Below, piece after piece: positions 12,734 through 24,995 of a DNA stretch of 64,000 nucleotides. The stretch covers positions 4,366,137-4,430,136 of the forward strand of contig CM082595.2 in assembly GCA_040954595.2 (NCBI GenBank). The letters are read 5' to 3'. This DNA comes from Balanoglossus misakiensis (lineage: Eukaryota > Animalia > Hemichordata). Under the pieces are notes generated by a model. That model ran no database searches. It was not told where the DNA came from and saw nothing but the letters and a program-made list of their open reading frames with translations. The first letter of the stretch is position 1. Every line of letters starts with the position of its first letter. Position numbers and translations under genes: made by a program.

Positions 12734-15700
12734 TAATATAATATATTATAATAATAATTTCCTCACCATGAGACGTTATTGCCTGCACATTGGACCAGCG
12801 AGTATTGCATGGAAAAGTGGCGACGTTTTCGAGAGCACGTTGTACATTGGTTCCGCTGAAGACAGGCCATTCTACTCTAGCCAGGTATCGATCTGGAAAT
12901 TGTGTGAGACAAACAAGAATAAGACACTTTCTGTGATAATGAATGACATTATGTATTGAATGTGTTAAATTAAATTGACATGAATCTGCAACATGGTAAT
13001 GGTATTGATGTGAAACATGTAACTGTATTTCAGTATGTCTGCCTTCGCAAGTATCATCATCTCGGCTTGAAATCACACCTCGGACCAAACACTTGCGAAG
13101 TTCGCGAAAATGAATAATCGGTCTTTACCATTTATTAATTTGGGGCGAGTTTTTACTCTCATGTCATACAAGCGGATGGAAGACGTGTCGCTGAACATTC
13201 ATTCACTGCATGTACATTGACACAAACGGTGTCTTGGATCAAACATAGTTAATAGAAAAAGGGCACCGAGAGAGACTAGTCCCTTTAAGGTTAGGATAAT
13301 CGTAATATGTTCTCTTACTTTGCCATTCAGGTTCCAACTCTGGCCAGATATTCAGCGATGCAGAGAAGTCTTCTGCTGTTAACATCAATAAATTTTCCTG
13401 CGGCATGAACGTCAGGACTAACCCAAGCACTGATATTTTTTGGTAGGAACCTGTAACAATCCCGCTGCCTCCGTTGTCGTAGCTGTTCGATACAGGCGAC
13501 CGTCCCTCACCATCTTCCACAAACCAGTGCTTGCTGAAGAAATGCATCTGTGAAAGAAATCCAAGGCAAAAACAAAATGTCAAGTTCCACCTTGACCAGT
13601 GCAGCAACGTCTGGAATGAGTAAACCCCGAAAAGTGTTGCCAACATATTCACGGCGACTATTTTCTTGGCTTAAAATTATACGGTCACACATACAAATAC
13701 AGCTACAGTTACCATGGCAAATTGGGATCTAGCCAATCAGAGATTTTCAGTGAGTGGCACACGCGATAAAAGAGCGCCACCATAAGTTCTTTAGAACACT
13801 CAAATACGCCATTTCTGATATATATGAGCGTATGTAAATTGGAGGTGGTGTAGGCGCAGCGGCGGCCCTTTACAGGAATCATAATAAACACCCGCTGGTT
13901 TTTCTGGTACCCTCCTCATACCTGGGCAATGAAATCCTTCGCTATGGTCTTCCCATGTAATCCTCCAGAGATGTCCCGTTCCAAATCAAAAATTACACTG
14001 AACGATTTGCCTGATTTCATGTGGGTCCATGTCGGTTTGTCTGTGGCGCCCCTTCTCTGCAGGTCCTGCAACTTACAGTTCATACTACCAGCAGGCACCG
14101 ATAGATCCTTTGTAGAGATAAGTCCCTGGACAGAATCAGAAAACAATGCAAATTTTCGATTAAAACAGTGCCGCACCGATTTAATCAGCCTCCATACAAA
14201 CAGTACGCAGCTATCATGGTATGAGTCGCCAAGAGATGACAAACCGATGCAAATGCAAGTACTATGGCTTAATGGTGAAGGTTTTGTCTGTTGTAAGAAC
14301 AGCACACTGCCTTATAGCATGTATAGCATTGACTGTACACAATTTTCGCAACCAGAGTCTCCGGTTTTGCACATGCGCATAAGACGATCGTCGCCCTTTA
14401 ACTCCCAGTTTTCTTTTGCTACAGAATCTCCATTTTACATGTCAAACTTTTCAAGACTAATGCTAGCTGGAGTGAGTGAAATCTCACCTCCGATAAATAG
14501 ATGCTTGTCGCACGCTTCAAGGCGTTTCTTCGCAATTTGATGCCATTCATGAACTCATCTGTGGTCTTGAAATTGCAGAACCTCTTGACCCTGGTGGTGA
14601 CGCCGTCAACCACCGTGTCGACGAAGTAGTAATTTGTGCCCGCCTCTACTTTCTTGTTACAGTCCCATTCGTCGCCCTCGCTCGGAAACAGATCGTCCTT
14701 TTGAAAGTAGAGCAGATCGGCGATGGGAGCGATCAAGAACTTGAAAGGTTTAGGGTAGGTTGGGATAGAATTTAGCCAATTGACCAAGTCTGAAATGTAT
14801 GAAGAAAATGTTTTAGTCACAGTTTCCAACTTAATTTAAACCTAATTGCCTAGTTTTATCTGTATACATAACAAAGAACACACAAATCTGTCTGTCAGAT
14901 GTCTGTCTGTCTTTGTATGATGATGATTGCCTGTCTGTCTGTCCAAAGTGTGTGGGTATGCGTCGAAGTATACATGTAGGAAATTGCGGCACCCTTCAAT
15001 GTAAAATACGTCACTATCAAAAATAAGCAGTCCAGGAAACCCGGGAAGCGACATTTTTGGATAACGTGAACCTTGTTTATACGGTATGTTCATTGACCAT
15101 GTGCTTGGTGCTGCAGAGCCTAGACTCTCTCACAGCCCCTCTCGTCGTCCATGCATGCTTATGGTCTGATTGCATGTGTACCCGGCGAGAGGGGCTCTAA
15201 GGTTAGCTACACAACACCAAACTGTGCTTCTCCCTTGCCAAACGGTTGAGGGATCGTAGCGAACCGTGGGCTCTGAGAGAGTCTATGCAGAGCCCTACCT
15301 GTTCGCGTTGTCGGGGTGCCACCGTCTGACACAATGGCCGCCACTTCCTGGTCGCCGCCGAGAGCCTCAACGCTAAACGCCGAATAGGAAGTCTGCTTCA
15401 TGTTGCTCGTTTTGCCCTTCGTCGACGACTTGAAGTGCATACTGGCGAAGAAGGCATCGTAGTCCACTTTAGCCTCGACTGCGAATTCGTCCACAGTGCT
15501 CTGAGATGTCGCCGTGGTGACCTTTCGAAATTGGAGCCGTCCACCGAACGTGGCCGATTTGATGTAGTGTGTCCCCCATCGCAGAATGAATTCCTCTGAA
15601 GTTGAGAAACAAATTTGAAACAATTTTAAAACAGCTTTGGCGATATTTGACAATCAAATTTAATTAATTTTACGGCTGATTGGACCGCGTATTGAACTCT

Positions 15701-17120
15701 CAAAAAATATTACTGTACAGTCAAATCGACATTGTTCCTTATTGCTTAAAAAGAACTTACGATATTTGACTGGTGCACCAGGATCGAGGTAATATTCTGG
15801 AAGATCCATAAACTCTTTCACAAAATTTGTAGACAGGTCAGACGCTTTCACTTCATCCTTGAATATTTCATATCTATGCAAACAGATGAGAAAACGCATA
15901 GCATAAATATTACAGGTCACGAGAATGTCCTCTCTATAAAATCCCATTCACCTTCATCACATGTATATATGGTAATATTCTAGAAGCTTGTGGAAAAAAG
16001 AGTGTCGCCAAAATTACCGTATGACGTCAATGTCCATGACGGAGAGATATGATTGTTGATTGGTCCGGGAGACTGAACCGTAGGCGGCGGTGACACCGGC
16101 GCTGAAGAACATGTAGCTGCCGGAGACACCGGCTTCAACCTGCAGGTGACTGCTGTACTCTTCTCTCGACGAAAAGGTAAACATATTCGACCGTGTCTCA
16201 TAAATGCCGTGCACGTTCATAGTGTCCGGCACGTCCTCGCCCTGGTATCTGTGAACGTTGTATGTCAAAGTGAAAACAACAACAACAACAACAACAATAA
16301 TAATAATAATAATAGCAACAGCATAAACGACAACAACATAAACAACAACATAATTGATATAACCAGTCCGGAATATCTCTGTCTTAATTTTCCACACGAG
16401 GAGAAATAACAACAATCTTGGCACGTATATAGTTATTCTGTGTGCCAAGTTCGAATGGTGTGGGCAAGGGCAAGACGAGCATAACATCGCATCAAAATGG
16501 TTGTTTGACATGTACACATATATGCCATAGTTCATTTTCCTCAGTGCTGAGAACGGACGATATCGGAACCGTCACGCGGTTAACGGAAGTGAACGGACGC
16601 ACGGACGGATAAGCGGAGAACACATTTACAGTTGCTACTACTTACGAGGACAATGCGGCGCAGTTTCGTTGGATAATGCTCATTTTTCGGCTTTCCGGTC
16701 CATACATACCCGTGCCATCAAACCCGACTCCAATGAAGCCAGCCCCTTCCATCATATCCTACAGACACAAAGACGACCACTTTTATAGGGTGTCTCAGAA
16801 CTCCCAGCAAAATGAGGCGAAAGTTGAGATCTTGCAAATTACACAATTTACACTTGTGGTCATTAAAAGACATAGAAACACCCTTTCAATCATATAGGGG
16901 TATCTGTAAATTATGAATGCTTGTATTCTTTAATGCACATAATAGTTAAACGTTAAAATAGAAGAGATACCGCGCAAGTCGACTGAGAGGGCTTTTTTCC
17001 TTTATAACAAGGATCTCCTGGTTGATATCCAGTCCCGTAACACCCACTGAACATAACCGGTCCTGGAACATGACAAGACATATGGGACAAAATATCAACG
17101 AATGATACATAGATAGATAC

Positions 17121-17183
<63 letters not shown>

Positions 17184-18185
17184 CATACATACATACATAC
17201 ATACATGCATGCATGCATGACAGACAGACAGACAGACATACACAGACAGACAGACATACCTATTCCGCCAGGGTAGGTATTCGCTGTCTCTGATATCTTA
17301 TCGTCGGGATCGTTGGCTTCAGCGTGGGCTTCGATACGCCATGCCGGCGGTGCTATTAAATCATCGGTTACAAAGCCATTCTGGGGTTGTATATCAACTG
17401 AAGCCTACACAAAATATATATACATGTACTAATATCATGACTTAGCTCTAGCGTTCTTGGTGCTCGATGTCACCTATTTGCATATAATGCCATGTAATAC
17501 TTAATGGACCTTACTGTTTACATTCATGTAAAACATAGGTAATTTTTCATGTCTAATTTTCAGACTCTGAACATGCATATGAAACAAATAGGCCTTTAGA
17601 ACTTTATGAAACTTGATATTGTTCTACACTTACTCCGTTTTCTAAGTATTCATTTGCTCTGTCTCCAGCTTCACCAATTTTCTCGAAGAGTTTCTCGGCT
17701 GCCTTCTCCGCAAGTTCTCCTCCGATGTCAATGGCCTTGGCAGCCATTGCGCTGGTGACGTTTTGCTTGAATGAGGGCACTTTCTTGGACACAGATTTAG
17801 TTGCGGGTGCAGCTCTCTTAACGTGAGATGATACTGGCTCCGGGTCGGCTGCGGCCCTCTTGGCGTGAACTGACACTATCTCCGGCTCGGCCGCAGCTCT
17901 CTTGAAATGCTCTATGAGATCCGGGGCAAGTTCTGCAGACGAGAAACCATCAGCGTTTCCAATATACCATACTTAGAAAAACCATGTACACTTTGGACAT
18001 TTCGTCACATTTTTACAACAGTCTAGAACAGCATGAAACCAGAGCTGAAGTGGTAGTATCAAGAAATATTAATAAATAGAATTGAGATTACCTATACTTC
18101 CCCCAGTTGGCGTAGCCCAGTCTGCACATTCCGCAAGCTGTACGAAGGCCAGGAGTAACAAGGCAATACCGATTCTGTGATCCAT
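9962..18185 (-). CDS. MACPF-A: secreted MACPF/perforin-like protein, ~995 aa, 18 coding exons (signal peptide, multi-KR propeptide, MACPF, uncharacterised region, FAMeT-like domain, furin-like Cys-rich repeats)
   Basis: Exons in gene order: 18185-18092, 17932-17634, 17404-17260, 17062-16971, 16758-16646, 16248-16018, 15873-15761, 15595-15299, 14789-14488, 14125-13922, 13547-13319, 12892-12767, 12505-12375, 12151-11928, 11339-11203, 10898-10754, 10301-10210, 9975-9962. Sum 2988 nt, phases consistent. Signal peptide MDHRIGIALLLLAFVQLAEC; MACPF signature WGTHYIKSATFGG; also GxGFD and W(L)xS motifs. AATAAA on the minus strand at 9743-9748. The last 14-nt exon is less certain. Confidence 0.9.
11591..11794. 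mobile_element. Degenerate ~200-bp MITE-like element in a MACPF-A intron
   Basis: Imperfect terminal inverted repeats TAAGGCC..AAAAAATAGTATGTGCT / AGCACATATTTTTTTATTTTGGCCTA. Confidence 0.5.
12655..12733. repeat. (CAT)n microsatellite
   Basis: Trinucleotide run in a MACPF-A intron. Confidence 0.95.
16275..16353. repeat. (AAC)/(AAT) compound microsatellite
   Basis: Intronic trinucleotide runs. Confidence 0.9.
17104..17258. repeat. Compound (GATA)/(CATA)/(CAGA) microsatellite
   Basis: Fills most of the intron between MACPF-A coding exons 3 and 4. Confidence 0.95.
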
Positions 18186-18519
18186 ATTTACCTAAATGTA
18201 AAATCGTTAAAATCGAACGAACGAGTTAGAGTTTCAAAATAGGAGACTTATTTAAGTCAGTGACAATAAAACTCAAGAAAATGCTAAGTTTTTTTTTCGT
18301 GGTGACTATGAAAAGATATATCTTTTCATGTGATAATTTGTAAAATCTGGAATATTACAGCATAATTCCAACCCGATCGTGGAGTTTCAGTTGGTACATA
18401 CTATAGACACTGTTACTTTCCACTGTTAGTGGCGTAAAAAGTACAAGCGATATTTGGAAAAAAATATTACAGTGGCTTTTCTCTGTAAATCCGAGAGAGC
18501 CACGCGGATGTAAGTGCTT

Positions 18520-19415
18520 ACCCTGAACGGTCTGCCTGCTTCTATTATGTCAGAGAGGATACTCTCAACCGTTATCTGCGTTTGAGAGAGATTAATTTAC
18601 CCAGAATTCCTAGCTGTGCATACCCCTCTTCTGCTGGTACCATCTCCATGGCATATTTCTGTCTGGTAATTCAAACTTTTATATTCATTGTGTGAATCAA
18701 AATAGAACATTTCAGGAGTGGCACAATACTGGTAATTCATACATTTCAAAAAAAAAAATTAAACCATCTGGGAACATGTCCATGCAGCTGGTATCATTAG
18801 CGAAGACGCTCCTTTGTTCGTTTTCAATTAATCTATGCGGGTACGCAAAAGATATATATGGACCTATAATGGCTATATCCCCGGTGTAATTAAAGTTATC
18901 TATAACCCACGTCTTTAAAAAGTACATTTTAACTCACTGTGCGATTTTATTGACGCGACATCGAATTAGTGTCCTAATGTCTATGTAGTCCCCACTAATG
19001 ATCAACTATTTCAAGTATTATAATCGAACCACATATGGTCTGCCGATTAGAGAAATTTCAAAAAACAGTTCCTGAGTGATAACGAGGTCTCGTTAGTTAA
19101 CTTTCACAAAAGATCTCTTTGGTATCTTTATCTAATGGCAGAGACTTTTCATCTGTTGTGCACTAAATGACACACACATTTGCGCAAAAATAGAATTTTT
19201 GGCGCAGAGAAGGGGGTTGGCAGATTCTGTAACAGCCGACAATTGTCAGGACTAAAAAGAGATAATTTAAAGCATATCGAAGTGCACTGTGGGAAATGCA
19301 AAGCTTTACAATAGGATATGATACACGAATACAGAAGTAGACCTCGGCAAGCGTTCAACACCATCGTTCCAATCACCGGCATCTCTGCGTATTGTGGTAC
19401 GTTGACGATAAGGTA
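18520..19415. promoter_or_regulatory. Shared divergent promoter region of MACPF-A and MACPF-B, flanked by probable non-coding first exons
   Basis: Minus-strand donor CAGG|gtaagc at ~18521 pairs with an acceptor just before the MACPF-A ATG (18191). Plus-strand donor TAAG|gtattg at ~19412 pairs with an acceptor just before the MACPF-B ATG (19555). The two ATGs are ~1.4 kb apart. Confidence 0.6.
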
Positions 19416-19560
19416 TTGTGCCAGCTTTTCTACCTTTACTCAAACTGCACCACAAATGTAAAAGACACAATAATATTTTCCTGTTTATTTGCAATGTCAT
19501 GCAAAACTATTGCTATGCACACTCTTATCCCCGGAGATGCGATTTTCTCCTCAGGTTACG

Positions 19561-22500
19561 ATGAAGTGGAAGACATGTTTTCTTTTGCTGAATGTCATTT
19601 TACAAGTTGAGGCAGCGTCCATTTCAAAGAAGAAATTGGGAAACGAAACCGGTATGTCATAACTATTTGAATCCATCAAACGATTTCCAATGGAATTTCC
19701 ATACTTTCCAGCCTGCCAACGGTGATTTAGGTTTTGTTCCGTCATGGAATTCTTCTGCTGGCATTAAAAGTGCCATTCCGCAAAATTGGGATTTTTTTTC
19801 CAGAATTGTTTTTTTGAATGAACCGCTCATAGTTTCCATCCTGAACTTCGTCCCACAGATATCCCAGAGGTTCTCCGCGACCATTTCGAGTATGCCGCTT
19901 CTAAGGAAGCGCACAAGGACCGCGAACCTCGACTGAAAAGTGTCAAGAAGAGGGCGGTGCCCCCGGTGGTGGCCGAGAAAGCCATAGAGATTGGCGCCAA
20001 AATGGCGGAGAAGACTGCCGAGAAGCTGTTTGAAAAGATCGGCGAATCAGGAGAGAGAGCCAACGACTACATTGAAAATGGGGTAAGTTTATTGGTGGTT
20101 CGCTGGATCTTAGCAATTCGCATGTTATGTTCGCTCCAGGGACTATGGTTCTACAATGTTCTATTCGAATACATGTTTTCCATGGACACTCTCAAAACCT
20201 AATTAGATAGGGACGCAAAACAAAGAATTTAGTTACTTTGGTAACTAGGGTCTGGCGCATAAATATCATTTTGACATTGTCGTCTGCGTGCCACAGGCGA
20301 GTGTTGACGTGCAGCCACAGAACGGGTTTGCTACAGAGGATTTGTTATCTCCGCCCGCATTACACATCGAAGCTGGGGCTAAACCAGCCGCCCCTGAAAA
20401 CAAAGAAGAAGAAAAATCCGTCGTGTACCCAGCTGGAATAGGTAAATGTTCTTGAATGAAATTACAAGTCATCAGATCAGCATGATATTTGACAATTTTT
20501 GAAGAGGACATTTCTCTTATTTTGACTATTTTTTAGGATTTGTTATTATAAGGCAGGTTTGCGGAACCGCTGCTGGTGATTTTCAGTGAAGGACTGACAC
20601 AGCCTTTCTCTGTGAGCCAGAGAACCATCGGTATTGATGGGTGAAAATTGGCCTGAGACAAACTGATAGCGGCATGAGCGTCATTGCTTCTAGTTCCATT
20701 ACGCGGGGACTGTATCATTGACGATAGTTTGTAATTGCAAAATCATTTTTTTAAAGATCAGTTTTTGATTTCTCACGAATAGAAAATTTTTCGCACATTG
20801 CGAGATCTTGCGAGACTTAATTAATTAACGTAGCAAACAGGTTGCTAAATACCAATGTCTGTGCAGTTACGAAGGACAGGTGACATCATCTTCACCTGCG
20901 AAGGTCTTGGAAAACTGTACGTGGTCGAGCAAACGACCCGTCACAACGAGGTCACACATGTAAGATGAAAGTGGTTAATTCGTGGCGCCTTATATTGCAC
21001 ACCACAGGTGCTGTTATGATGAACGGTTGCTGGGGCTCGGGATACAAATTAGGAGACCCTTGCCACAAAGCAAGAAGACCATCGGGTTCCGTGTGTAAGG
21101 TATGTACAACGTTGCAATCTAGACTATGGAACCGGATGTTGTTTGAAACTCTTTCCCTAAATTGATACTATGTCTATAAAATTAACTAACATCCAGACAG
21201 GCGGGGTCAACATCTGCACTTCGTTTGCAAGTTTTATTTCCGTATTCTTATGAAGCTGTCATTTCAAATGTCAAATTTGAGACAATTTTGCTGTGACATC
21301 TCTTTCAAATCTTCGCATCGCGACTCCGGATTTTCATTCTCGATTTTAAGAAAGGATTTAACAAAAAGTTGTCTTGAGCAAATTATGAGGAAAGGTTAGA
21401 CTTTGATTTTCGAGTGACATGCTCATTAACGGTCCATTTTATCGTTCGCAGAACATGATGGAAGCGGCAGCGTTTGTGGGAACGGGATTTGACGGTCGGG
21501 GAGACTACACACCAGAGAGCCGTAAAATGAGCATCATACAAAGAAACTGCTTAGCTATGTCCACGTAAGTAGGTCAGAATGGGACGACTTGAGATGTTAT
21601 GCACATTTCAAAAAAAATTCTCATATAGTTTATAGCGGTTAGGGAGCCTTCAGTAATTGCAGGGGGTGGGCCGGGGATTCAGAGCACACCCGTACTGTAA
21701 TATGTGACCCTCACCCCTCGTCCCTTCTAAAATGTGACCCTCCCACTTGTCCGACATTCTAAAAGCCGACCCCCCCCCCCCCCCCCTTACTGAAGGCTCG
21801 CTTCCATGTCATATTACCTGTAGTTTCCATGGTGAAGACGTGCCGGATACCATGAACGTGCATGGCATATACGATACCAGATCAGTCCAGTCAACGTACG
21901 CCAGCAGGGAGGAATATAGCAATCAGGTACAAACCGAGGCTGGAGTGTCCGGCAGTTACTTCTTTCTGAGTGCTGGCGTAACGGCTGCATATGGAACAGC
22001 TACCACTCGCAGCGACCAGATGTTCCTGTCCGTCATGAATATTGATGTTATCAGGTGAGAACATTCATTGGTATATGATGCAACTGGCAAGCTAGCCCAT
22101 TCTGTAACAAAATAAAAACAATCATTTGTTCCTGTAAACGTCAAGGAACCCAATATAACTTTTGTTAAATACACTGCGAATACTTTAAAGGTTCAACTCC
22201 TAATAAAGCACTCTGGGGAAATTCCCACAGAAATCTGCAGTGTGGTAACGTGAACGAGCTTCCGATGACGACTGTCACTGAAGCGTTCGACTTGTGCGTG
22301 GACAGAACACGCACTTGTAAAGCTGGGCTTGGGCGACAGAACACCCGTCCCGACTCAGACGGACCAAATAAGCAATAGCACCGGGAAAATAGCTCCGTAA
22401 ACCCACCGATCTAGCAATCCAGCCTCACAGAGGCGTACTAGTGATGCATAGAAATGGATTTGAACGTAATTAAACGCAAAATAGCGGTAGCCAAGAGATT

Positions 22501-24959
22501 GGATCAGGAGCACACAAAGTGCACTGTTAGCTGCAAGACGGCTACCTCCGAAGTGACTCAGAAGGTGGGAAGAGTTGCCTATATGCGCATATGACACGTG
22601 ACCTAGTCTCCGCCCCTCAATGGGTGAGTGACATGCCATGCACGGGGACCCTGTACCTGAAAATCAGGGATATTGCCTATTTTTCTCAATCACCTGTAAA
22701 CCCATAGCATGAGCCCCTCCACGCCATTGGGCTACCAAGCGCGCATGTAATGTCAGATATTTCATGACAGTACTTTCACTACTTTAAAAATTAGCGCCAA
22801 CGGCACCCATGCAGGCGCCATACATTTGAAAGTTTACACAGATAACACGTCGACTGGTATATATGTATACAACCCTATCACGTTTTTTATGTTATAGGTA
22901 TGAAGTATTCAAAGATGAAGTCAAGGCCAATGACCTGTCAGTCAACTTTGTGAAGGAATTCATGGAACTACCAAATTCCTACTTCGAACCGAGAGCTGCA
23001 TTTAAGTTTCGTAAGTATACATTATAACTATATGCTCGCCAATATCACTTTTTCATGTTCATTGAGAGGCGTGGTAAGTCACAAAATAGAATCTACCGCC
23101 CCCTGGCCGATGAAACTGACCAGTTCCTTATGGTAATTCTTGTACCCATGATGATATTTCTTGTTGCCCCCGTCTAGAGGATTTTATTCTTCGTTGGGGC
23201 ACCCACTACATCAAGTCCGTCGTGGTTGGTGGTAGGCTGCAGCTGCGCAAATCCTCCCAGGCCTCGTTCTACAGCACCGTCGAGGAGTTCTCCGTCGAGG
23301 CCAAGGTCGACTACGACGCCTTCTTCGCCAGTTTCCACGCCAAGGCTTCGGCCAAGGGAGGCGAGGCCTTCACCAAACAGACCAAGTACGGCTCCATGAG
23401 CATCGAGGCACAGGGTGGCGACCAAGAAATTGCCGCCCTTGTGTCCGACGGCGGAACCCCCACTACTAGGACAGGTGCGTCACTGATGCTCCCTTAATGG
23501 CAACGCTTAAAGGAGAAGTACATTGTACCAGAATTATTATATACATTGTAGCATTTTTACGTACCCTTTTGCTCGTACTTTGATTTGCCAGCCACAGTGT
23601 CCTATCGGACTACGCGCAGCCGCAGACAGGGCAACACCCACTGTTTAAAAATAACAGTAAAACCACAAAAGCTAGAGCAGTTCCAACAGCAACAAGCGCG
23701 AGACTCTGTCCCGTTAATAGTTCTGTTTCACGTTTTCTGGGTAACAATCCGCAGATATGGTGAATTGGTTGAGGTCCATACCGCAATATCCAAAGCCGGT
23801 AGAGTTCCACGTGGCGCCAATCACCGAGCTCCTGTATTTCCAGCCAGCGGACCTCTTCACGAATGACGACACCGACTGGGACTGCAACACGAAGACCCTG
23901 CAGGATGAAACCGACCCTATCACCAACAAGGTCAGGAGATATTACTACACCGAGAAAACAGTGGGCGGCAAAACGGTCCAAGAGAAGACGTACTGTGACT
24001 ACGCCACCAAGGATATTTTCATGACGCAGCTCAGACAAAAGCGAAGTGCCCTTGAACAGGCTGTCATGGTATACATGACTGAGGTAATGTCTTGTTCAAT
24101 AGTCTTACATGCTCCACCAAGTATATCCGCAAGACTTATCAGAATTTCGATTTTCGATATAACAAACAATACGGTCACAATTCAAGAAAACAGATTTGTG
24201 TTTTATGAACTTCTTTATGAGTTCATACATATAATTTCTATATGTATGAAAGTCGTGTTTTTCATTCATTCGCTGTCTGTATTTTCCACAGGGTCTTGTC
24301 CCAGAGGACGAATTGTCTGTACAAGCAGGTTCCCAAAACTGTGGCTTGGAAGAGACTATAGCAGATAGCATCAAAACGAATAGTGATGTACTCTCCTGGT
24401 CATATCTGATAAGTGGCAAGTCCTTTACTATAATATTCCAAATGGAAGACGATCTAGTAGAAGGTAGACTAGGGACAGAGATTCGAAAGGACCTAGCTGT
24501 TCAGGTAAGGATTTTGCCATTAATTTCTGTACACCTGAAGGCCTTAAATTCCGTTTTTTCTTATTCTCCTTGCGCCTTTGGTAAAACACACTTCTGGCAA
24601 AAATAGTAAGAACTGGTGTAGGGTGTTTCGAACATAACCAGCTAACCCTGCACCCATGATACACCACTTCAACCTCTTTTCACAGATGCATTTTTATGCA
24701 AAACATTGGTTTGTGGAAGGAAGCACTGGATCAACAAGCCTGGCTGACGGCTTTGCAAATGGTGGCAGTGATGAAACATCCAACCATAAGGTTTCCGTGT
24801 ATGGACTGGTTCTCACGTTTGACGAAAGTGCAAATATGTTTACATTGCTGGACGAGGACTACACGGAGTCGATACATTTCTGGCCAAAGTTGTTTGACGA
24901 TCTTAAAGGTGGGAACTGCATGTAATATTTACAAATGGTTATATTGGTAATGGCTATGG

Positions 24960-24995
<36 letters not shown>

